A stretch of DNA of 64,000 nt, from sequence record MF360958.1; one strand, written 5' to 3'. Made by a program: the position numbers and the translations under genes. Below, piece by piece: positions 29,166-39,102 of this stretch. The notes beneath the pieces were generated by a model that was not told the origin of the DNA, did not search any database, and was given only the letters and a program-made list of their open reading frames with translations. Every line of letters starts with the position of its first letter. Within the stretch, counting starts at the first letter, position 1.

Positions 29166-29799
29166 TCGTATTGATCGTATATCACTTTTAAACAATTCTT
29201 ACCTTATAAATTTTTTAAGATTCTCTCCTATTAAGTTAACAAACGAACTTGATAATCAAATTATCGAATCCTATATTAACAGAAAAGTTTATGATGATTT
29301 AGTAAATGATGGATTCCCATCTCGTTATTCAATCCGACTTTATCCTAAACGTTTAAAAAATACTTTAGGGGTTAATGATCGGGCCATTATTGATAATGAT
29401 TTATATGAACAAATACATACCCGAGCAATGAATATAAACAAATCAATTGCTGTAGATACTATTAGAAAAGTATTATCTGATAGTATTGCTGAAAAAATCG
29501 TAAATGTTAATGTAATTTACCCTAACAATTATCTGTTATTAGGTTGTTATATTAATAGAGCATATTTCAATCCAAATTCTCCTATATTTAAATGTGATAT
29601 TGATACTAGTAGGAAATTAGATGTAATGCCATGGGCTTCAAAAATAATAATAGAACTTGATATACAGCATAAAGAACTGAATCGATTAAAATTAAATAAT
29701 CGGTTTTTCTTTGACTATATATATCGTGATAGTTATATTAACACACCTATTACTGAAATATTAAGTCCGTGTAATGAAGTTTATTTAGATCAGGAGTAG
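29155..29799 (+). CDS. paralog family B hypothetical protein
   Basis: IAEKIVNVNVIYP; IIIELDIQHKELNRLKL. Confidence 0.7.
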   Translation: MDSDRIDRISLLNNSYLINFLRFSPIKLTNELDNQIIESYINRKVYDDLVNDGFPSRYSIRLYPKRLKNTLGVNDRAIIDNDLYEQIHTRAMNINKSIAVDTIRKVLSDSIAEKIVNVNVIYPNNYLLLGCYINRAYFNPNSPIFKCDIDTSRKLDVMPWASKIIIELDIQHKELNRLKLNNRFFFDYIYRDSYINTPITEILSPCNEVYLDQE

Positions 29800-29804
29800 T
29801 TACT

Positions 29805-30056
29805 ATGCCTTATAATTATCAAGAAATGAGATCATATATTCTTGAAAGCGATTCCGGTAAGAATAAAATTCTTGAGACAGAATCAAAAGTTCATTCTTTA
29901 CCAAAACGATTTACTGCACAACAAGCATTCACAACAGGTGATAGCTGGACCATGCTTGCCTGTATTGATTATTTAGTAGAGAAAGGTATTATTAGGGAAA
30001 TTGAACCAGATGGGCCATTTGAACAACATCGACAATTTGTCAAAGTTGGGATTTAA
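29805..30056 (+). CDS. hypothetical protein
   Basis: AGGAG RBS, 83 aa. Confidence 0.75.
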   Translation: MPYNYQEMRSYILESDSGKNKILETESKVHSLPKRFTAQQAFTTGDSWTMLACIDYLVEKGIIREIEPDGPFEQHRQFVKVGI

Positions 30057-30128
30057 ATTAAAAGCCTCTTGAAAAAATATTATAATTTAGTTATAATGTA
30101 CTTAATAAATCGTTGAGAGGTATTAGAG

Positions 30129-30458
30129 ATGAACCGCTGGTTTGTTCGAAACGAAAAAATGGTAGAGACTGTTAAAAGCCAAATGCGAGGCGGTAATTTT
30201 ATTGATTATAATTTTTTTAATTATTACCTCAAAGATTTGCTTAATATGGGTGATGGCGCACTTATTCCTGATGAAGTGATTTTTTATCTGGATCATGAAA
30301 ATTATTCAATGATGTATATTTTGGACGGCCTTCATCAATTTATGAATGTTTATCCGCGTCTTTTCAATAAAACAAGTTTTGTATTTGAGGGGAGCAATAA
30401 ACAACTCGTATCAACATATCAAAAAGTTGTTAAGAAAATGAAAAAGGCTGTTGAATAG
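30129..30458 (+). CDS. hypothetical protein
   Basis: GAGG RBS, 109 aa. Confidence 0.75.
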   Translation: MNRWFVRNEKMVETVKSQMRGGNFIDYNFFNYYLKDLLNMGDGALIPDEVIFYLDHENYSMMYILDGLHQFMNVYPRLFNKTSFVFEGSNKQLVSTYQKVVKKMKKAVE

Positions 30459-30465
30459 AAAGTAG

Positions 30466-30494
30466 TTGACAATTTAAATGTATTGTATTAGTAT
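30466..30494 (+). promoter_or_regulatory. sigma70-type early promoter
   Basis: TTGACA-17 nt-TAGTAT. Confidence 0.7.
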
Positions 30495-30526
30495 TATTGT
30501 ATAAGTAATTTTCAAAAGGTAATTCT

Positions 30527-30883
30527 ATGACCGAAGCTGAAGAAAAAATTGTCCATCAAATATTGAAATATGGTTGTATTGAAGTTCATCATAAGGACTC
30601 GTTGAAATGGAAGCGTCGTGAAAAGCTTCGTGAAATGGAAGAAAGAGATATAGTAGAATATAGACCCGCATCTACAGGACTGTATCTTTCGTATGGTCCC
30701 GGAAATAAGTTCTATGACTTTTTAGAAGAAAATAATATTCAAACATTTAGTCCTCAAGAACATGAAAAAGAGAAAAAGAGAAAAAGAATGGAACAATATA
30801 ATGATCCTGAAACTCATGGAAAAGGATTAAAAGGACGTGCTCGAAAAATGCGCGACAAAGTTAAAGTTATTTTTAAATATTAA
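30527..30883 (+). CDS. hypothetical protein
   Basis: 118-aa ORF with a basic C-terminus. Confidence 0.75.
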   Translation: MTEAEEKIVHQILKYGCIEVHHKDSLKWKRREKLREMEERDIVEYRPASTGLYLSYGPGNKFYDFLEENNIQTFSPQEHEKEKKRKRMEQYNDPETHGKGLKGRARKMRDKVKVIFKY

Positions 30884-30901
30884 TTATCTAAGGTATATAC
30901 T

Positions 30902-31264
30902 ATGGAAGAAGAATTTACAAGCGAACAAATTCCTGATGAATTATACGATGAATTGAACTCCAGTTTTGGTTCTGTACGTACTGATCTTGTGGTTGAGTAT
31001 GATGAAAACGATCCTAATAAACCTCAAGTGAATCAAAACTGGCGATCTTTTAAATCAATTACGACCAGTAGTGGTGATAATCAACTCGTAACACAAAAAG
31101 CAGTAAATCCTGAAACATTTGAAGTAGAAGAAATGGAAGGATATAACACATTTTCTTTCAAGGTTCGTGTTGAATTTTCAGAAAATGAAGATCCTATTCT
31201 TCGTCAAGTTCTCGGATTTTTTACGTTTACTCCTGTGAATAAAAACAATATTGACAATAATTAA
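30902..31264 (+). CDS. hypothetical protein
   Basis: 120-aa ORF. Confidence 0.75.
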   Translation: MEEEFTSEQIPDELYDELNSSFGSVRTDLVVEYDENDPNKPQVNQNWRSFKSITTSSGDNQLVTQKAVNPETFEVEEMEGYNTFSFKVRVEFSENEDPILRQVLGFFTFTPVNKNNIDNN

Positions 31265-31288
31265 ATTTATTGATACTTTATTAAAATT

Positions 31289-31355
31289 AAAGGGTGAATT
31301 ATGATCTGTCATCATTGAAATCCGGTCCATTGCCGTTTCATAATTCGCCCTTTTT
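31289..31355. other. intergenic stem-loop (terminator or small structured RNA)
   Basis: 16-bp stem AAAGGGTGAATTATGA/TCATAATTCGCCCTTT with one G-T pair, 33-nt loop, T-tract. Confidence 0.6.
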
Positions 31356-31390
31356 AAACATTATATTGTCTTACTATCATGAGGTATAAA

Positions 31391-32089
31391 ATGAAATTCA
31401 TTAATGAAAAGTCGAGGCTTCTTAACACTATTCAGTCCTATATTGATGGCTTGGAAGATATTAAAGAAGAATCTTCAAATCCAAATACAGTTCAAGCTCA
31501 CCGGGAAAAAGAGCTAATTCAATACTTTAAAAATGAAATTATTAGGCGTATTAATAATTGTTATACACGATATAATAATGATGTTAAAACTTTTTGGAAT
31601 AATAAAAAATGGTGGCAAAGCGCTAAAAAAGCACCAAAAATAGAAACTTATCGAGGAGATATTGTTGATCTATGTAAAGAAGCTTCTACATATAATATTG
31701 CAGTTATTCCTTATGGTTGGTTTTTTGCTGAGAGTTCTATATTCAACTGTACTGGTGTTGATGAATGCGATACTAATTTATACAGCATTATTAACGCATA
31801 TGATGGTATAAAAATCAATGCCCTTTATCATAATATGAATTTGGATAATCTACCTTTTAGTGATTTTTCAACCAATACACAAATTCTCTATGTTGGTAAT
31901 AAAGAATTTGTAAAAAATAATACTAAGCATGGCCATTTTTCAGCTATTGATGATACTATTAAATATCTTCATCGTTATTACGATAATATTGAAAAATCTC
32001 ATGGAGAGTATATTGAATTTGGCCCAAATGATAGAATATATGCCACTTTTAATGAAGCAAAACATTTGATCGAGGAATTTAATAGATAA
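31391..32089 (+). CDS. hypothetical protein
   Basis: GAGG RBS before ATG 31391. Confidence 0.75.
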   Translation: MKFINEKSRLLNTIQSYIDGLEDIKEESSNPNTVQAHREKELIQYFKNEIIRRINNCYTRYNNDVKTFWNNKKWWQSAKKAPKIETYRGDIVDLCKEASTYNIAVIPYGWFFAESSIFNCTGVDECDTNLYSIINAYDGIKINALYHNMNLDNLPFSDFSTNTQILYVGNKEFVKNNTKHGHFSAIDDTIKYLHRYYDNIEKSHGEYIEFGPNDRIYATFNEAKHLIEEFNR

Positions 32090-32090
32090 T

Positions 32091-32240
32091 ATAAAATTAT
32101 TTTTAGATACAGAATTTAACAGTTTTGAAAGATCATTAATCGCTTTAGCTCTTGTAAGTGAAAGTGATAGTGATACTTATTTTTATCTTACCCGAAGACC
32201 AATAATATGAGTCTTGGGCAAAACAGAATATAGCTTCATT
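32091..32240 (+). pseudogene. decayed DEDDh 3'-5' exoribonuclease N-terminus
   Basis: ATA-start frame IKLFLDTEFNSFERSLIALALVSES ends at TGA 32210; shifted frame continues ESWAKQNI. Confidence 0.6.
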
Positions 32241-32254
32241 GAAAGGAGATAATA

Positions 32255-32641
32255 ATGATTACAGCTAACTCTGATGTTGCGTACAAAGATCCTACCCTAC
32301 GCGCTAGAATGGAATATAACATGGATCTTTATGGATGGTATGCAGATATAGATGGGCGTTATCGAAGATCAGACCGCCTTAAAGAAGGAGATATGGTGAC
32401 CATCATTGATGGAAGCGAATCAATATTAACTTTTGTTAAATATATTGATTGGAAAAATAGAATGATATTCAGAGGATGGCAACCCACGATTATTAATGGA
32501 AGTTATGTATCAAAAGGTATTCCTATATGGGTGCCTTTTACTCGTATCAAACATAAAGGAGAGCGCGTAGATAGGCCAGAAACTTCCGATGAGAAAATTC
32601 ATAGACTTGAATCATATCTTACATTAAAAGGACTTGAGTAA
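32255..32641 (+). CDS. hypothetical protein
   Basis: AAAGGAG RBS, 128 aa. Confidence 0.75.
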   Translation: MITANSDVAYKDPTLRARMEYNMDLYGWYADIDGRYRRSDRLKEGDMVTIIDGSESILTFVKYIDWKNRMIFRGWQPTIINGSYVSKGIPIWVPFTRIKHKGERVDRPETSDEKIHRLESYLTLKGLE

Positions 32642-32803
32642 CACCTTCGATGAATAATGGAGTAATTGTAAAAATCAAAAATTGAGTTGATTTCTATGTG
32701 GATTACCTTACAAACTTTTACGGAATCACTGAAACAATATCCGCATTGCATTATTCTAATAAAATTGTTATATTATGATTAGTAGATTGTTAATGAGGTT
32801 GTT

Positions 32804-33106
32804 ATGAAAAAAGACGAAATTTGTATGTATAAAGTAGAAATAGTTGAGAATTTCACAAATAAAACGTCTATCTTTGGTAAAGAATACAGCGGTTATAATA
32901 GTGTTGGAAAATTAACCAATAAAAACATTTTTGAAAGGCTGGTGAAGCCTTATGTGGATTCAATGAAAGAGGGCGGTGTTAATGCCCATGTTAGTCGCGA
33001 AATCGGCTATATTCCTTACCCTAAATACGTAAAAGTAACCGTCCAAAAGGGATCGCGTTGCGGTGAAGTCATTGAATGGGAAGCGCCTATGTTCATGGTA
33101 TGGTAA
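32804..33106 (+). CDS. hypothetical protein
   Basis: GAGG RBS, 100 aa. Confidence 0.75.
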   Translation: MKKDEICMYKVEIVENFTNKTSIFGKEYSGYNSVGKLTNKNIFERLVKPYVDSMKEGGVNAHVSREIGYIPYPKYVKVTVQKGSRCGEVIEWEAPMFMVW

Positions 33107-33110
33107 CTTC

Positions 33111-33135
33111 AAAGCCCTCAAAAGAGGGCTTTTTT
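33111..33135. terminator. bidirectional intrinsic terminator
   Basis: AAAGCCCTC-AAAA-GAGGGCTTTTTT between convergent genes. Confidence 0.9.
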
Positions 33136-34288
33136 AATCTCCATAAAGAATTCTCTTAGCTATTTGTTCTCCGACTTTAACAATATGCCCTTGATTTTCA
33201 CTAGAAAATTCAGGGAAATACTCTTGAATTTCATCTACATAAATGTCGTAGTTATACATCCTCATAAGGACATTTGTTAGTCGTTTTTCTAAATCTAAAG
33301 GATCGCCTTCTTCCCATCCCATTTTCTGAGGATCAAAACCTTCTTTACCATCTAATACATTTAAAATATGACTGAATTGTTTCATAGCAGTTTCATTAGA
33401 CATCATATCTTGACGATATTCTTGATCACGAATTTTCTTCCATTTCTCAACAACGGCATCTATCATCTGGTCAACAACTTTGAAATTATTCTTTTTCATT
33501 ATATCAATGACACGATTTAATATACGACTTTCCCGAGTATCATTTTTAATTTCACCCGAAAAATTATGAATATCATTACGTGTAGAATTGGCGAAATCCA
33601 TACTGCGAGATAAAATATTAGGTAATTTTTTACGGGTTCTATCAGTAAGTTCTGAGGTATCTTTTTTATACCATAATTCTACCAAACTCTCTAAATCTCT
33701 TATAATATCCCGACTAGGCATTCTTGAAGAAATAAAAGGTTTTTCTGAATCTTTAGTTAATTCTTTAATTTGCTGAAGACTTAATGCATCCTTCTTGTTA
33801 TTAGAAATAAAGTCGCTGCTATCTTCATAAACATATACAGGAATATTATTTTTCTTAGCAAGTGTTACAACAGGTATTACATAATAAAGCTGTTTACTAT
33901 AAATGCTTTTACTACTTATTTTAATTGTTATTTCTTCAATATATTTTAAAGAAGGTATACTTGGATCATCTGTGAAAAGACGATCTTCCATTTCATCATC
34001 ACCGATGGTACTATCACCCCAATAATCAAGAGCTTTCCCTTTATAGTTGTTGTTTAGTTTTTCACCATTAAGTTTGAACAATACACCTACCGGTTTATCT
34101 TTATGATAGGCTCCTGTACGACTTCTTGTTAATGATAAGAAGTAAAATTTAGACGAACCTTGTTCGATCTCAGAATCATTTTTAATGGTAGGAACCAATT
34201 TGAATTCATCATTTTTAATAATGGTGTAAGCTTGATTCAAGGAAGTGTAGTGAAATACGGTAGCACTTAATGACTCATTTAAATTCAT
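33134..34288 (-). CDS. late protein with ADP-ribosyltransferase-like N-terminal domain
   Basis: VFHYT...FLSLTRS...DEMEDR order fits the H/R - S/T-x-S/T - ExE ART pattern. Confidence 0.5.
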   Translation of the reverse strand: MNLNESLSATVFHYTSLNQAYTIIKNDEFKLVPTIKNDSEIEQGSSKFYFLSLTRSRTGAYHKDKPVGVLFKLNGEKLNNNYKGKALDYWGDSTIGDDEMEDRLFTDDPSIPSLKYIEEITIKISSKSIYSKQLYYVIPVVTLAKKNNIPVYVYEDSSDFISNNKKDALSLQQIKELTKDSEKPFISSRMPSRDIIRDLESLVELWYKKDTSELTDRTRKKLPNILSRSMDFANSTRNDIHNFSGEIKNDTRESRILNRVIDIMKKNNFKVVDQMIDAVVEKWKKIRDQEYRQDMMSNETAMKQFSHILNVLDGKEGFDPQKMGWEEGDPLDLEKRLTNVLMRMYNYDIYVDEIQEYFPEFSSENQGHIVKVGEQIAKRILYGD

Positions 34289-34340
34289 AGTAGTTAAACC
34301 TTTTTATTCTTTAAAAATATCTACTTATATTTAGTATAAA

Positions 34341-34369
34341 TTGACAAAAAGGCACAACGCCTATAACAT
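34341..34369 (+). promoter_or_regulatory. sigma70-type early promoter
   Basis: TTGACA-17 nt-TAACAT. Confidence 0.65.
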
Positions 34370-34403
34370 ATAAGTAACCTGTTAATATTTTGGAGACAGC
34401 AAT

Positions 34404-34889
34404 ATGAAAGAAACTGACAATAAACTGGATATTAATGAAAAAGTTGTAATAACTGATATAAAGTTAAAAACATTTAATCAACAAGGACATGTGGTGAAAG
34501 AAGCACATCCTTATTATAGTGTACAATTAGATAATGGAAGAGTGTCTAATTATCATTGTAAGCGATTTGATGTTTTATCATATGACGACGATGAAGTAGA
34601 TGAAAAAGTAGATCAATATTTTTACATGATTGTTGATACTGATCCAGATTGGCTTAGTATAACGGATTCATCTGAATGTCCTGTGTATTTGTTTCATGAT
34701 GAAGATGAAGTAAATGCTAAAATCAAAGAATACGTTGACGAAATGTGGTATCAAGACCAAGAACTGGATGAAAATGAATTGAAAGATTTCTTCAGCGAAA
34801 CCATTAAAATCTATGAGGTTAACAGTAATACACTCGAAAAAAGTATGATTATTCCTAACGTCAAAATGGAAACTACGGTTAGAATTTAA
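34404..34889 (+). CDS. hypothetical protein with SH3/KOW-like N-terminus
   Basis: GGAG RBS; KVVIT...GHVV...YSVQLDNG. Confidence 0.65.
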   Translation: MKETDNKLDINEKVVITDIKLKTFNQQGHVVKEAHPYYSVQLDNGRVSNYHCKRFDVLSYDDDEVDEKVDQYFYMIVDTDPDWLSITDSSECPVYLFHDEDEVNAKIKEYVDEMWYQDQELDENELKDFFSETIKIYEVNSNTLEKSMIIPNVKMETTVRI

Positions 34890-34891
34890 TT

Positions 34892-35653
34892 ATGAATTAT
34901 CTCGCATTTACTTATATAGATTTTGTAAACGTTATGATTAATAACGATTGGTATCCATTAGATGAAGATACTAAAGATGAGGTTTCTACAGCTATTATCA
35001 CACGGCTCCCTCCTATGAGTAATGATGATGAAACCTATCTATATTGTACTAAACAATATACTCGAAAGACCAGAATCAGTTGTAAACGCGAAGCCCTAAC
35101 ATTGTGCCGCCCTCGTGTATATAACTATGATTATAAAGAACATTATATAAATCGAAATAAATGTGATCATGTTGCTCAGTTCGTCACATCCCAATATTAT
35201 ATAAAAAATATTTTAGAACCAATTCTTGAAAATATAGAAACTCGTGTCGAAATGATGCTTGATAAAATTGTTGATACTGTTGATTGTTATCAATATTTTA
35301 CTATTAAAGGATGCATTCAAAATAATATAAATCGTGTTTTTATAGACTTTGCGGAAGCTATTAAAAAAGTTAATAATAAAGGAAAAGTACAGTTTTCTTA
35401 TAGTGATATACAACATCTCATCGAGGATAGAGATTATTTTTATTATGCCGAAAATCCATTAAGTTCAATTTTTCTTGTAATGTGTATTTCGGATCGTGAT
35501 CTGAAAGTATTAAAAATGTCGAGACAATGGGAAGTTATTTTTTCAAAAATTGTTCATGAAAAATGTATAAACAATGTCGAATCATTTTTTGACTACCGAT
35601 CTAATGAATTCCCAATTAATAGTTATCAACAACAACGAATTAAAGGAACATAA
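34892..35653 (+). CDS. paralog family B-related hypothetical protein
   Basis: FLVMCISDRDLKVLKM near the C-terminus. Confidence 0.65.
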   Translation: MNYLAFTYIDFVNVMINNDWYPLDEDTKDEVSTAIITRLPPMSNDDETYLYCTKQYTRKTRISCKREALTLCRPRVYNYDYKEHYINRNKCDHVAQFVTSQYYIKNILEPILENIETRVEMMLDKIVDTVDCYQYFTIKGCIQNNINRVFIDFAEAIKKVNNKGKVQFSYSDIQHLIEDRDYFYYAENPLSSIFLVMCISDRDLKVLKMSRQWEVIFSKIVHEKCINNVESFFDYRSNEFPINSYQQQRIKGT

Positions 35654-36300
35654 TGACGGATACGAAAGTTTTAACGTTAAATGGCAGTTACACATTGGAT
35701 AATCAAAACTTACTTTTTGATAGGGATAAAGTAAGAGATGGTTTAAAATTAACTATTGAAGACACAGAGTACTTACTTAAAAATACTATGGGTGCTCTAT
35801 CACAACTGTATTTTAATTTAGTATTTCCTGTTATTAATGATGATACAAATACTGAACTCAAATCGTATTGTGTTTCAGATGAGAATAGTTATATTTACAT
35901 GAAAAAATCTTTTGAGAATTTTTATGATGATTGGTATAATCATTTTTATAACGATTTTCTACCAGACCATGTATTAAAACGAATTAAACGAATTAAAGTA
36001 ACATTCAATGAACTTCAATTAGGATTATCCATACCTAATAATCTTGTATATCAAAGTGGTATAGACTGTCTCGATGATTATATAAATCTTCAACAAATAC
36101 CTATTTCATGTTCTGCTGATGTAAAAACAAATTTTGTTATTAATAACAAAGACTTGAACCGGTTAAAACTTGATCCTTATTTTTACGAACATGTATATCA
36201 ACATGTCACAGAAATTGTAGATCATAATTTGGTAGATTTAGATGCTAATTATATAAAGCATGAATTATATTACAATGAAAGGGTTCGATATAATGAATAA
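35653..36300 (+). CDS. paralog family B hypothetical protein
   Basis: LPDHVLKRIKRIKVTF; FVINNKDLNRLKLDPYFYEHVY. Confidence 0.7.
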   Translation: MTDTKVLTLNGSYTLDNQNLLFDRDKVRDGLKLTIEDTEYLLKNTMGALSQLYFNLVFPVINDDTNTELKSYCVSDENSYIYMKKSFENFYDDWYNHFYNDFLPDHVLKRIKRIKVTFNELQLGLSIPNNLVYQSGIDCLDDYINLQQIPISCSADVKTNFVINNKDLNRLKLDPYFYEHVYQHVTEIVDHNLVDLDANYIKHELYYNERVRYNE

Positions 36301-36913
36301 TTACACATTAACTGTCGTCAATAATCACTATTTGAGTAATATGATTCAGGACATAAGTTATGAGATAGTTAATCCTATTGAGCATAATTTTGATGAAAAA
36401 ATTCAAAATGTCTTTTTCTCAGATTTTTTAAAAGATTATATGTTAGAAGAATTAAAACGTCATAATAATTCTGAATTTAGAAGTACTGTGAATTTTGTTC
36501 CTGATGATATATCTGATATGGAGCAAAAGATAGAATCAGCTATTATTGTTCCAGATAAAACATATACCAATGTTTCTTCCGAAGTCATTGAATATTATAG
36601 ATCAAGAGATTTAGATGATTTATATCAAACTATTCCAGACACCATCACAAATAGATTGAATAGCATTGATGTTTATTACAGCGTACATGGTATAAGATTA
36701 AACTGTGCTTTTATAGAAAAGAATCATAATATTGATGAAATTAATTTTAATAAACCCTTTCAATTTTATTTGATGGGGGATTTTGTTGTAGAATTTAATG
36801 TGTCTCATCATAATCTCAATTATTTAAAGAATTTCAGTAATATATTCAGCGATATCTATAACGAATGCGCTATGGATACTTCACGAGAATCCATCCTTGA
36901 AAAACTGCCCTGA
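36293..36913 (+). CDS. paralog family B hypothetical protein
   Basis: IPDTITNRLNSIDVYY; VVEFNVSHHNLNYLK. Confidence 0.7.
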   Translation: MNNYTLTVVNNHYLSNMIQDISYEIVNPIEHNFDEKIQNVFFSDFLKDYMLEELKRHNNSEFRSTVNFVPDDISDMEQKIESAIIVPDKTYTNVSSEVIEYYRSRDLDDLYQTIPDTITNRLNSIDVYYSVHGIRLNCAFIEKNHNIDEINFNKPFQFYLMGDFVVEFNVSHHNLNYLKNFSNIFSDIYNECAMDTSRESILEKLP

Positions 36914-36989
36914 ACTGTTTTAGTTCATTATTGATTTTTGAACTTAAATGGTTTATAATTGTGGTATACAATTCATAGAGAGGTTCATT

Positions 36990-37187
36990 ATGGGCAATCT
37001 TAACAGCAAAACAATCCTTTTCCTTAGTAATGTTCTGGTAGCGCTTATGGTGATCGGAACTATTATCAGTTTCATTTACGGGACAGTATTTTCAATCGCT
37101 ATTATGTGCATTCTTACCACTGTGTTTAGTGTTGAGAATGTTATCATTCGACGGCTTCTGTCTGTGGGATGGGTACGATTCGATTAA
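36990..37187 (+). CDS. small membrane protein
   Basis: Two hydrophobic segments; GAGG RBS before ATG 36990. Confidence 0.7.
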   Translation: MGNLNSKTILFLSNVLVALMVIGTIISFIYGTVFSIAIMCILTTVFSVENVIIRRLLSVGWVRFD

Positions 37188-37219
37188 ATCAAAAAAGGCT
37201 CCATTAGGAGCCTTTTGTT

Positions 37220-37642
37220 TTACATTTTTGAGCGAATCTTCTTTACGAAGTCGTCATCATAATCGTCTTCTGTTTCAAATTGTTCGTCATCGCGGATAGT
37301 CCATGCAATATCCCAAATAAGACGCTGTTCATATTCTTCTTTGGTAGCATTTTCACTATCTTCTGCTTCGAAATCAGGCATTGCTTCATGAATATGATTC
37401 TTAATGACATCAAAATCGAGTTGATCCAATTGATAACGAATATAAGGTTCTTTAGTAACTCGTTCAACTGCTTCATCGTTTGCGCCGGGTTGAGCAATAT
37501 CTTCAACGTCTTCTTTCTTCATAAGAAATTCGATATCGCCCATACTGTTGAAGAACCCAAGAAGGGTATCACCATCAATGGAATCAAAGTCAGTGACTTC
37601 CGCATTTTCCATAAGTTTAATAAATTTTTTCATATCTGACAT
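37220..37642 (-). CDS. acidic protein, putative internal head protein
   Basis: N-terminus MSDMKKFIKLMENAE matches 465 and 1582. Confidence 0.65.
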   Translation of the reverse strand: MSDMKKFIKLMENAEVTDFDSIDGDTLLGFFNSMGDIEFLMKKEDVEDIAQPGANDEAVERVTKEPYIRYQLDQLDFDVIKNHIHEAMPDFEAEDSENATKEEYEQRLIWDIAWTIRDDEQFETEDDYDDDFVKKIRSKM

Positions 37643-37755
37643 AGCTATAATATTCCTTTCTAATTTAATAAATGATTTACAATCATATTTATCGAAAATG
37701 TTGACAACAATGTTTATAGAGAGATATTATATACAGGTTAATATAGAGGTTAAAG

Positions 37756-38226
37756 ATGTATACGATTAAGATTAATTACACAACAGGGAATAGCTTTCAA
37801 AGCCATGATGAAGTAGATTATGTAGGCATGGCATGGGATCGCTTTGACAAAGCGCAGAGAGCACTAAAAAACATTATCGAACATTATGCTTTTGTTGATT
37901 ATTGCGAACATTATGGTCGAAGAAGACCTAAAGGATTAAGTAAAGATCAATTTGATGAACTCATTCAAAAAGAATGGTTTTATGCTGGAAAAACATTAGA
38001 TCCAGAAACAATTATTAATAACTTTGAATGGCAGAATTATTTAAACGTTGAAGATGATAAAAATTTGGTTGTTCCTATTCATATATTTTGGGTAGGGCAT
38101 TTTGAAGAACTTAACAATGCTGAAATTGTACTCACAAATACTAATGAGTACGATAGAACAGATATTATGAATAATATAAATGAAGTGCAACAACGAATGA
38201 ATAAACTGGATAATCGAGGTTATTAA
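37756..38226 (+). CDS. hypothetical protein
   Basis: GAGG RBS, 156 aa. Confidence 0.75.
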   Translation: MYTIKINYTTGNSFQSHDEVDYVGMAWDRFDKAQRALKNIIEHYAFVDYCEHYGRRRPKGLSKDQFDELIQKEWFYAGKTLDPETIINNFEWQNYLNVEDDKNLVVPIHIFWVGHFEELNNAEIVLTNTNEYDRTDIMNNINEVQQRMNKLDNRGY

Positions 38227-38227
38227 A

Positions 38228-38620
38228 ATGCAAAAACTACGCCCTAACGTCACACTCTATCTATTTGGTGTTCTTTTAGTAATCATTGCCAATGTGATGA
38301 TGGATAACATTGTTATTAATGCTGTATATTCTATTTGTATAGGTCTTTTCTTAGCAATTATTCTATTGACATTAATTGCTTTTCTTGAAGAACTTTTTAA
38401 TCTAAAACACATTCCAAAATACTATGAAGATGAAACCGATAATCATATGTTTTGGATTCTTACAAGACAAGCTATCGTTATTAGTATGATTTCTATTGGT
38501 TATTATTATAATGATCTAGGAGCGTTACATTCTGGTGTGTTCTTTGAGATCGTATGGGTACTATGTAATACGTTAGGATTCATTAAGAACCAATATTACA
38601 AACCTCGTAAATGTTCATAA
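38228..38620 (+). CDS. membrane protein
   Basis: About four hydrophobic segments. Confidence 0.7.
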   Translation: MQKLRPNVTLYLFGVLLVIIANVMMDNIVINAVYSICIGLFLAIILLTLIAFLEELFNLKHIPKYYEDETDNHMFWILTRQAIVISMISIGYYYNDLGALHSGVFFEIVWVLCNTLGFIKNQYYKPRKCS

Positions 38621-38640
38621 CAATTAAAAAGGTGTTAGTT

Positions 38641-39087
38641 ATGTCAAATCAAAATCTATATAATTTTCTCTTCATGTTAGATTTTCTTAATGAAGATGAA
38701 GAAAACGAAGATGGTGATTGTACATCAGATGTTTATTTAATTTTTATTTCAACAAATGAACCTGAACGTCTTATTAAATATTTCGATGGTACTGGCTCAG
38801 AAGCGGATAAGTTCTATGGAATCATTGATGATATTGAAAATGACTATGGTGTAATGGATGTAGGTTTTCTCCCCGAGTATATGGTAATGGGTTATAACAG
38901 TTATGAAATTGAACAAAATGATCGAAACGCTGTTGTAAATCAGATCAGAGATTTCCTAATTAGCGAAGGATTCAATTCTAAAAGTATGTTCGAGGGATGC
39001 TTTATTGTTGAACACGATCATGATATGCGTCTTGCAAAGCAATACTTGTCTAAAAATGATTTACAAAAATTACAATCGATTCGATAA
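38641..39087 (+). CDS. hypothetical acidic protein
   Basis: Start moved to ATG 38641 (AAGG RBS). Confidence 0.7.
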   Translation: MSNQNLYNFLFMLDFLNEDEENEDGDCTSDVYLIFISTNEPERLIKYFDGTGSEADKFYGIIDDIENDYGVMDVGFLPEYMVMGYNSYEIEQNDRNAVVNQIRDFLISEGFNSKSMFEGCFIVEHDHDMRLAKQYLSKNDLQKLQSIR

Positions 39088-39102
39088 AAAAAATAGTAGA
39101 AA

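Noticed and set aside
31289-31355. Twister or hammerhead ribozyme (CCGGTCC segment)
   Set aside because: Only a short resemblance; the other conserved twister elements and the hammerhead CUGANGA/GAAA core are not in place
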